Assembly (NCBI GenBank): GCA_964016885.1
Contig: OZ024764.1
Location: forward strand, 5,456,001 to 5,520,000
Origin: Eledone cirrhosa
Lineage: Eukaryota
Reading direction: 5' to 3'
DNA length: 64,000 bases
The position numbers were made by a program, and so were the translations under genes. How positions within the stretch are numbered: position 1 is the first letter of the stretch; the number at the start of each line of letters is the position of its first letter. The notes beneath the pieces were generated by a model. That model made no database searches. It was not told where the DNA came from and was given only the letters and a program-made list of their open reading frames with translations. This document shows, in pieces, positions 1 through 9,700 of this stretch.

Positions 1-1880
1 ATCAGGAAAGATGAGAACAAGGGGGGGGGGGTTAAGATAAACAATTTCAGGGCTATAGCTCTGCTCAACACAGGGTTAAAGATTTTGGCCAAGGTGTTAG
101 CAACGAGGCTGGTGCTTGTCGTCGAGAACCTGGAGGGGGAAGCACAAACGTGTACAATCCCAACCACGTCCATACACGACAATCTCCACCTCATGCGATA
201 CATCATAGAGAGTGTAGGGTGTAAACCTGACTTCGGTGGGGCTTTGATCAATTTAGATCAGTCTAAGGCATTTGATAGGGTCGACCATCAATACTTAGAA
301 GCGGTTCTCAAGATGGCAGACTTTGGTCCAGTCTTCAGAGGCTGGATTGCTGCCATGCACACCAGCATCTGCTCGGCAATCAAGGTGAATGCGTTCCATC
401 CATCGAGGATGCCCCCTCTCCTCCATTCTGTATGTGCTGACTCTCAAGCCACTACTACAGAAATTGGAACTATTGCAAGGCATCCCAATCAAACCAGGAA
501 TGCGAAAAGCAGCATCGGCCTATGCTGACGACGTGACCGTAATGGTGTCGAAAGCCTCGGAAATCAGGGTAATCAACAACTTATTACAGAAATATGAAAC
601 GTTGACAGGAGCAAGACTAAAACTGATCAAGTCTTTTGGTTTGCAACTCGGTACATGGAGAGGCAAACCCATGCCTTCCGACAGCGTCGTTGGACGCTGG
701 ACAGAAGGACCAGTGAAATTGCTCAGGGTCTGGTTTGGACCAAACCTCAAGGTGGACAAAAACTGGAACGAGGTCACGGCGAAGGTGTTTGCACTCACCC
801 AGAAGTGGGCTGAGTGCAAACTCTCCTTAAAAGGTCGAGCAGAGGTAGCAAACACTTACATAGCTTCCGCCATCTACTGCCACTTGACAGTTGTGCCTTG
901 CTCCCGTGATCACCTCACCAAGATGAAGCATCTTCGCTTCAAATTCCTCTGGAAGAGGCTCCATTGGTGAGGAGATCCATCTGCTGTCAACACCCTTCTA
1001 AAGGAGGGCTGGGCATGCCGTGGCTGATGATACGCAGACATGCGCTGAGGCTACGCCATCTCCAGATATTCCTGACCAGCGAACCGGTGTGGTTGTTGTT
1101 TGTGAGACAAGCTCTCCCACAACTCGACTCACTAACAGAGCTGCAGCCTTGGGTCAAGCGAAGACCGAAAATGGGCGCCTGGCACCTCAAGTGCCTTCAG
1201 GCATTCACAGCCCTCTACCAAGTGGAAATCATCGGAGACTCCACATCGACCTTCTATAGGGGATTAGTGGAGGATAAGTGCAACGATGTTCTCTGGGAAA
1301 CTCTAGTCATTGAGGAAGACAAACTGACCAGTCTGTTCGGGAGGACTTTCCGCCCAGGGCCTATGGATAGCTTCCAGAGGTCTCTGGGCTGGCAGTGCTA
1401 CCGAGGAGCTCTACCAGTTCGACACAAAATCTACAGGCACAGACGCCCTGGCAGAGATCCTGCCAAAAGGACCTGTCCAAGATGCGAGCAGGACATCAAA
1501 ACCGTTCTGCCCATAATTGTTCAGTGCCCAGGGATGACCGACCTGTGGAATTATGTCGAACAGCTACTATCACGTGTGGGATACATGCAGTTGTCAGCCG
1601 AGTTCATCGTGAGGATCACCCCACCACCTTCATATATGAATGAAGGAGAGGCAGTTTTCCTGTCTGGTGGCTATGGTGAAAGAGGTAATATGGTGGGCGA
1701 GGTTAAAAGGACTGAGGGCAAACACCTTTCTCTCCGGACTACGACTTATCCCCTTCTTTAAGTATCACTTCAGAAGGAAGAGAGAGAGAAGTGCTACACC
1801 CCAGTAAATTCACTGAAAGGTGGGTGAATGTGGCAAAAATGGCCCGATTGAATGGGCCTTCTCTGTATATAAACCTGTAG
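1..1880 (+). pseudogene. Degenerate ORF2 (reverse transcriptase and C-terminal zinc-knuckle-like region) of an L1-clade, probably Tx1-like, non-LTR retrotransposon; continues beyond the left edge
   Basis: Frame 1 from base 1 reads IRKDENK...NFRAIALLNTGLKILAKVLATRL, matching the L1 RT start NYRPISLLNxDxKILAK, then LDQSKAFDRVDH. After a frameshift near 388 it reads RGCPLS (QGCPLS motif) and the catalytic YADD at 521-532. After a frameshift near 963 it reads GGLGMP and CPRC...C (CCHC-like, His lost). After a frameshift near 1660 it reads VKEVIWWARL. After a frameshift in the AG run near 1780 it reads ...KFTERWVNVAKMARLNGPSLYINL, ending at TAG 1878-1880. Confidence 0.92.
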
Positions 1881-2000
1881 GTTGAGGAAGATAAACAAAG
1901 CGAAGACGGGAACACCTACAAAAAGTCTTCCTGGTGTTAAGGGTTGTTCTATCTACAGGGTGTAAAACAACCCTGCAGTAACGTTCCCCCCTATTGGGGA
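1876..2000 (+). other. Cluster of inverted repeats (putative RNA stem-loops) in the LINE 3' UTR
   Basis: AGGGTTGTT 1940-1948 pairs with AACAACCCT 1966-1974, with an inner TACA/TGTA. GAAGAC 1902-1907 pairs with GTCTTC 1925-1930. AACACC 1911-1916 pairs with GGTGTT 1933-1938. TGTAGGT 1876-1882 pairs with ACCTACA 1914-1920. TCCCC 1985-1989 pairs with GGGGA 1996-2000. Confidence 0.5.
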
Positions 2001-2114
2001 TTACAATTGTTATTTTATTATATATAGTTTATTGTTATTTATTAATGTTAAAGTCATGATATTTATGTAAAACCCTGCCGTCATGTCTTGTCATGTCCCA
2101 TTTTTGTACGCCCC

Positions 2115-2335
2115 TGTCTGTCTATCCATAAGTCAGTCTGTCTATCTATCTATCTGTCTGTCTCTCTATCCATAAGTCAGTCTCTCTATCTATCTCTCTA
2201 TTTGTCTGTCTATTCACCTGTCAGTCTCTCTATCCATAAGTCAGTATGTCTTTCTATCTACATACCTATCTACCTAGTTATTTGTCTGTCTGTCTATTCA
2301 TCTGTCAGTCTGTCTCTCTACCTATATATATATAT
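2115..2335. repeat. Compound degenerate (TCTA/TCTG/TC)n microsatellite with embedded longer repeats and a terminal (TA)n
   Basis: Runs of tcta, tctg and tc. CATAAGTCAG occurs at 2127, 2171 and 2235. A TATTTGTCTGTC...TATTCA-CTGTCAGTC block occurs at about 2199 and 2279. Confidence 0.9.
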
Positions 2336-2397
2336 GCAACACATTCCTTAAATGACCGGGACTACAAATGTCGGATCTGTGAATGCCAGGGGTACAC
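2336..2397. other. Short unique spacer between the microsatellite and the satellite array
   Basis: About 60 bp of non-repetitive sequence (..acattccttaaatgaccgggactacaaatgtcggatctgtgaatgccaggggtacac) with no visible match to either flanking repeat. Confidence 0.7.
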
Positions 2398-3718
2398 TGT
2401 ACCTACTGCTATAGTCTCACGTTTAGACCCGTTTCTCTCTAGATGTACCTACTGTTATAGTCTCACATTTACACCTGTTTCTCTCTAGATATACCTACTG
2501 CTGTAGTCTCACATTTACACCTGTTTCTCTCTAGATATACCTACTGTTATAGTCTCACATTTACACCTGTTTCTCTCTAGATATACCTACTGCTATAGTC
2601 TCACATTTACACCTGTTTCTCTCTAGATATACCTACTGATATAGTCTCACATTTAGACCTGTTTCTCTCTAGATATACCTACTGCTATAGTCTTACATTG
2701 AGATCTGTTTCTCTCTAGATATACCTACTGCTATAGTCTTACATTGAGACCTGTTTCTCTCTAGATATACCTACTGCTATAGTCTCACATTTAGACCTGT
2801 CTCTCTCTAGATATACCTACTGCTATAGTCTCACATTTAGACCTGTTTCTCTCTAGATGTACCTACTGCTGTAGTCTCACATTTAGACCTGTTTCTCTCT
2901 AGATGTACCTACTGCTATAGTCTCACATTTAGACCTGTTTCTCCCTAGATATACCTACTGATATAGTCTTACATTTAGACCTGTTTCTCTCTAGATATAC
3001 CTACTGATATAGTCTTACATTTAGACCTGTTTCTCTCTAGATGTACCTACTGCTATAGTCTCACATTTAGACCTGTTTCTCTCTAGATATACCTACTGCT
3101 ATAGTCTTACATTTAGACCTTTTTCTCTCTAGATATACCTACTGCAATGGTCTTACATTTAGACCCGTTTCTCTCTAGATATACCTACTGCTATAGTCTC
3201 ACATTTAGACCTATTTCTCTCTAGATATACCTACTGATATAGTCTTACATTTAGACCTGCTTCTCTCTAGATATACCTACTGCAATGGTCTTACATTTAG
3301 ACCTGTTTCTCTCTAGATATACCTACTGCTATAGTCTCACATTTAGACCTGTTTCTCTCTAGATGTACCTACTGCTATAGTCTCACATTTAGACCGGTTT
3401 CTCTCTAGATATACCTACTGCTGTAGTCTCACAGTTAGACCTGTTTCTCTCTAGATATACCTACTGCTATAGTCTTACATTTAGACCTGTTTCTCTCTAG
3501 ATATACCTACAGCTATAGTGTCACAATTAGACCTATTTCTCTCTAGATATACCTATTGATATAGTCTTACATTTAGACCTGTTTCTCTCTAGATATACCT
3601 ACTGTAATGGTCTTACATTTAGACCTGTTTCTCACTAGATATACCTACTGCTATAGTCTCACATTTAGACCTCTTTCTCTCTAGATATACCTACTGCTAT
3701 AGTCTCACATTTAGACCT

Positions 3719-6700
3719 GTTTCTCTCTAGATATACCTACTGCTATAGTCTTACATTTAGACCTGCTTCTCTCTAGATATACCTACTGCTGTAGTCTCAC
3801 ATTTAGACCTGTCTCTCTCTAGATATACCTACTACTATAGTCTCACATTTAGACCTCTTTCTCTCTAGATGTACCTACTGCTATAGTCTTACATTTAGAC
3901 CTGTTCCTCTCTAGATGTACCTACTGCTATAGTCTCACATTTAGACCTGTTTCTCTCTAGATATACCTACTGCTATAGTCTCACATTTAGACCCGTTTCT
4001 CTCTAGATGTACCTACTGCTATAGTCTCACATTTAGACCTGTTTCTCTCTAGATATACCTACTGCTGTAGTCTCACATTTAGACCTGTTTCTCTCTAGAT
4101 ATACCTACTGCTATAGTATTACATTTAGACCTGTTTCTCTCTAGATATACCTACTGCTATAGTCTCACATTTAGACCTGTTTCTCTCTAGATATACCTAC
4201 TGCTATAGTCTTACATTTAGACCTGTATCTCTCTAGATATACCTACAGCTATAGTCTCACATTTAGACCTATTTCTCTCGAGATATACCTATTGATATAG
4301 TCTTACATTTAGACCTGTATCTCTCTAGATATACCTACTGCTATAGTCTCACATTTAGACCTGTTTCTCTCTAGATATACCTACTGCTATAGTCTTACAT
4401 TTAGACCTGTTTCTCTCTAGATATACCTACTGCTATAGTCTCACATTTAGACCTATTTCTATCTAGATATACCTACTGATATAGTCTCACATTTAGACCT
4501 GTTTCTCTCTAGATGTACCTACTGCTATAGTCTCACATTTAGACCTGTTTCTCACTAGATGTACCTACTGCTATAGTCTTACATTTAGACCTGTTCTTCT
4601 CTAGATGTAACTACTGCTATAGTCTCACATTTAGACCTGTTTCTCTCTAGATATACCTACTGCTATAGTCTCACATTTAGACCCGTTTCTCTCTAGATGT
4701 ACCTACTGCTATAGTCTCACATTTAGACCTGTTTCTCTCTAGATATACCTACTGCTGTAGTCTCACATTTAGACCTGTTTCTCTCTAGATATACCTACTG
4801 CTATAGTATTACATTTAGACCTGTTTCTCTCTAGATATACCTACTGCTATAGTCTCACATTTAGACCCGTTTCTCTCTAGATATACCTACTGCTATAGTC
4901 TTACATTTAGACCTATATCTCTCTAGATATACCTACAGCTATAGTCTCACATTTAGACCTATTTCTCTCGAGATATACCTATTGATATAGTCTTACATTT
5001 AGACCTGTATCTCTCTAGATATACCTACTGCTATAGTCTCACATTTAGACCTGTTTCTCTCTAGATGTACCTACTGATATAGTCTTACATTTAGACCTGT
5101 TTCTCTCTAGATGTACCTACTGCTATAGTCTTACATTTAGACCTGTTTCTCTCTAGATGTACCTACTGCTATAGTCTCACATTTAGACCTGTCTCTCTCT
5201 AGATATACCTACCGCTATAGTCTCACATTTAGACCTCTTTCTCTCTAGATATACCTACTGTTATAGTCTTACATTTAGACCTGTTTCTCTCTAGATATAC
5301 CTACTGCTGTAGTCTCACATTTAGACCTGTTTCTCTCTAGATGTACCTACTGCTATAGTCTTACATTTAGACCTGTTTCTCTCTAGATATACCTACTGCT
5401 ATAGTCTCACTTTAGACCTGTTTCTCTCTAGATATACCTACTGCTATAGTCTCACATTTAGACTTGTTTCTCTCTAGATGTACCTACCGCTATAGTCTCA
5501 CATTTAGACCTGTTTCTCTCTAGATATACCTACTGATATAGTCTTACATTTAGACCTGTTTCTCTCTAGATATACCTACTGATATAGTCTTACATTTAGA
5601 CCTGTTTCTCTCTAGATGTACCTACTGCTATAGTCTCACATTTAGACCTGTTTCTCTCTAGATATACCTACTGCTATAGTCTTACATTTAGACCTGTTTC
5701 TCTCTAGATATACCTACAACTATAGTCTCACATTTAGACCTATTTCTATCTAGATATACCTACTGATATAGTCTTACATTTAGACCTGTTTCTCTCTAGA
5801 TATACCTACTGCAATGGTCTTACATTTAGACCTGTTTCTCTCTAGATATACCTACTGCTATAGTCTCACATTTAGACCTATTTCTCTCTAGATATACCTA
5901 CTGATATAGTCTTACATTTAGACCTGCTTCTCTCTAGATATACCTACTGCAATGGTCTTACATTTAGACCTGTTTCTCTCTAGATATACCTACTGCTATA
6001 GTCTCACATTTAGACCTGTTTCTCTCTAGATGTACCTACTGCTATAGTCTCACATTTAGACCGGTTTCTCTCTAGATATACCTACTGCTGTAGTCTCACA
6101 GTTAGACCTGTTTCTCTCTAGATATACCTACTGCTATAGTCATACATTTAGACCTGTTTTTCTCTAGATATACCTACAGCTATAGTCTCACAATTAGACC
6201 TGTTTCTCTCTAGATATACCTACTGTAATGGTCTTACATTTAGACCTGTTTCTCACTAGATATACCTACTGCTATAGTCTCACATTTAGACCTCTTTCTC
6301 TCTAGATATACCTACTGCTGTAGTCTCACATTTAGACCCATTTCTCTCTAGATATACCTACTGCTATAGTCTCACATTTAGACCTCCTTCTCTCTAGATG
6401 TACCTACTGCTATAGTCTTACATTTAGACCTGTTCCTCTGAAGATGTACCTACTGCTATAGTCTCACATTTAGACCTGTTTCTCTCTAGATATACCTACT
6501 GCTATAGTCTCACATTTAGACCCGTTTCTCTCTAGATGTACCTACTGCTATAGTCTCACATTTAGACCTGTTTCTCTCTAGATATACCTACTGCTGTAGT
6601 CTCACATTTAGACCTGTTTCTCTCTAGATATACCTACTGCTATAGTATTACATTTAGACCCGTTTCTCTCTAGATATACCTACTGCTATAGTCTCACATT

Positions 6701-9700
6701 TAGACCTGTTTCTCTCTAGATATACCTACTGCTATAGTCTTACATTTAGACCTGTATCTCTCTAGATATACCTACAGCTATAGTCTCACATTTAGACCTA
6801 TTTCTCTCGAGATATACCTATTGATATAGTCTTACATTTAGACCTGTATCTCTCTAGATATACCTACTGCTATAGTCTCACATTTAGACCTGTTTCTCTC
6901 TGGATATACCTACTGCTATAGTCTTACATTTAGGCCTGTTTCTCTCTAGATGTACCTACTGCTATAGTCTCACATTTAGACCGGTTTCTCTCTAGATATA
7001 CCTACTGCTGTAGTCTCACAGTTAGACCTGTTTCTCTCTAGATATACCTACTGCTATAGTCTTACATTTAGACCTGTTTCTCTCTAGATATACCTACTGT
7101 AATGGTCTTACATTTAGACCTGTTTCTCACTAGATATACCTACTGCTATAGTCTCACATTTAGACCTCTTTCTCTCTAGATATACCTACTGCTGTAGTCT
7201 CACATTTCGACCCGTTTCTCTCTAGATATACCTACTGCTATAGTCTCACATTTAGACCCGTTTCTCTCTAGATATACCTACTGCTATAGTCTTACATTTA
7301 GACCTGCTTCTTTCTAGATATACCTACTGCTATAGTCTCACATTTGGACCTGTCTCTCTCTAGATATACCTACTACTATAGTCTCACATTTAGACCTCTT
7401 TCTCTCTAGATGTACCTACTGCTATAGTCTTACATTTAGACCTGTTCCTCTCTAGATGTACCTACTGCTATAGTCTCACATTTAGACCTGTTTCTCTCTA
7501 GATATACCTACTGCTATAGTCTCACATTTAGACCCGTTTCTCTCTAGATGTACCTACTGATATAGTCTCACATTTAGACCTGTTTCTCTCTAGATATACC
7601 TACTGCTGTAATCTCACATTTAGACCTGTTTCTCTCTAGATATACCTACTGCTATAGTATTACATTCAGACCTGTTTCTCTCTAGATATACCTACTGCTA
7701 TAGTCTTACATTTAGACCTGTATCTCTCTAGATATACCTACAGCTATAGTCTCACATTTAGACCTATTTCTCTCGAGATATACCTATTGATATAGTCTTA
7801 CATTTAGACCTGTATCTCTCTAGATATACCTACTGCTATAGTCTCACATTTAGACCTGTTTCTCTCTAGATATACCTACTGCTATAGTCTTACATTTAGA
7901 CCTGTTTCTCTCTAGATATACCTACTGCTATAGTCTCACATTTAGACCTGGTTCTCTCTAGATGTATCTACTGATATAGTCTCACATTTAGACCTGTTTC
8001 TCTCTAGATGTACCTACTGCTATAGTCTTACATTTAGACCTGTTTCTCTCTAGATGTACCTACTGCTATAGTCTTACATTTAGACCTGTTTCTCTCTAGA
8101 TGTACCTACTGCTATAGTCTTACATTTAGACCTGTTTCTCTCTAGATGTACCTACTGATATAGTCTCACATTTAGACCTGTTTCTCTCTAGATGTACCTA
8201 CTGCTATAGTCTCACATTTAGACCTGTTTCTCTCTAGATATACCTACTGCTATAGTCTCACATTTAGACCTGTCTCTCTCTAGATATACCTACTGCTATA
8301 GTCTCACATTTAGACCTCTTTCTCTCTAGATATACCTACTGTTATAGTCTTACATTTAGACCTGTTTCTCTCTAGATATACCTACTGCTGTAGTCTCACA
8401 TTTAGACCTGTTTCTCTCTAGATATACCTACTGCTATAGTCTTACATTTAGACCTGTTTCTCTCTAGATATACCTACAACTATAGTCTCACATTTAGACC
8501 TATTTCTATCTAGATATACCTACTGATATAGTCTTACATTTAGACCTGTTTCTCTCTAGATATACCTACTGCTGTAGTCTCACATTTAGACTTGTTTCTC
8601 TCCAGATGTACCTACTGCTATAGTCTCACATTTAGACCTGTTTCTCCCTAGATATACCTACTGATATAGTCTTACATTTAGACCTGTTTCTCTCTAGATA
8701 TACCTACTGATATAGTCTTACATTTAGACCTGTTTCTCTCTAGATGTACCTACTGCTATAGTCTCACATTTAGACCTGTTTCTCTCTAGATATACCTACT
8801 GCTATAGTCTTACATTTAGACCTTTTTCTCTCTAGATATACCTACTGCAATGGTCTTACATTTAGACCCGTTTCTCTCTAGATATACCTACTGCTATAGT
8901 CTCACATTTAGACCTATTTCTCTCTAGATATACCTACTGATATAGTCTTACATTTAGACCTGCTTCTCTCTAGATATACCTACTGCAATGGTCTTACATT
9001 TAGACCTGTTTCTCTCTAGATATACCTACTGCTATAGTCTCACATTTAGACCTGTTTCTCTCTAGATGTACCTACTGCTATAGTCTCACATTTAGACCGG
9101 TTTCTCTCTAGATATACCTACTGCTGTAGTCTCACAGTTAGACCTGTTTCTCTCTAGATATACCTACTGCTATAGTCTTACATTTAGACCTGTTTCTCTC
9201 TAGATATACCTACAGCTATAGTCTCACAATTAGACCTATTTCTCTCTAGATGTACCTATTGATATAGTCTTACATTTAGACCTGTTTCTCTCTAGATATA
9301 CCTACTGTAATGGTCTTACATTTAGACCTGTTTCTCACTAGATATACCTACTGCTATAGTCTCACATTTAGACCTCTTTCTCTCTAGATATACCTACTGC
9401 TATAGTCTCACATTTAGACCTGTTTCTCTCTAGATATACCTACTGCTATCGTCTTACATTTAGACCTGCTTCTCTCTAGATATACCTACTGCTATAGTCT
9501 CACATTTAGACCTGTCTCTCTCTAGATATACCTACTACTATAGTCTCACATTTAGACCTCTTTCTCTCTAGATGTACCTACTGCTATAGTCTTACATTTA
9601 GACCTGTTCCTCTCTAGATGTACCTACTGCTATAGTCTCACATTTAGACCTGTTTCTCTCTAGATATACCTACTGCTATAGTCTCACATTTAGACCCGTT

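Larger units (their letters stand above)
1..2110 (+). mobile_element. 3' portion of an inactive L1/Tx1-like LINE copy including its putative 3' UTR
   Basis: ORF2 remnant at 1-1880, then about 230 bp of non-coding sequence with stem-loops and an AT-rich tract (about 2005-2070) ending at the microsatellite. No poly(A) tail or target-site duplication is visible, so the 3' boundary is approximate. Confidence 0.75.

Noticed and set aside
21-31. G11 run as a G-quadruplex or regulatory element
   Set aside because: It is a single homopolymer inside the ORF2 remnant and stays in frame; most likely slippage or an imprecise homopolymer call.
295-1643. Short overlapping ORFs (295-492 -, 520-855 -, 987-1190 -, 1020-1259 +, 1395-1643 +)
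   Set aside because: They are shadow frames of the LINE ORF2 with no recognisable motifs.
85-1761. Three separate genes, or a prokaryotic RT system (retron, DGR, group II intron) linked to the repeat array
   Set aside because: The three ORFs are consecutive pieces of one L1-type ORF2 with LINE-specific motifs (GGLG, zinc knuckle, IWxxR). No msr/msd, template/variable repeat or accessory gene is visible, and the monomer shows no evident match to the LINE sequence.
1-2335. Taxonomic assignment (impression of a mollusc or cephalopod-like Tx1 family with TCTA microsatellites)
   Set aside because: This is only an impression and cannot be supported without a database search.
2358-2375. GGACTACAAAT resembling the ZNF143-associated ACTACAnnTCCC promoter motif
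   Set aside because: The TCCCA half is absent and there is no promoter or CpG-island context.
2088-2488. ORFs 2088-2351 and 2246-2488, including a YKCRICECQG zinc-finger-like snippet
   Set aside because: These are translations of microsatellite and satellite sequence (S/L/Y/I/C-rich). The CxxC has no downstream His pair or supporting exon structure.
2440-2623. 4x46 = 184 bp as a nucleosome-phased tetramer
   Set aside because: No 4-monomer periodicity is visible in the variants, so this is only a numerical coincidence without MNase data.
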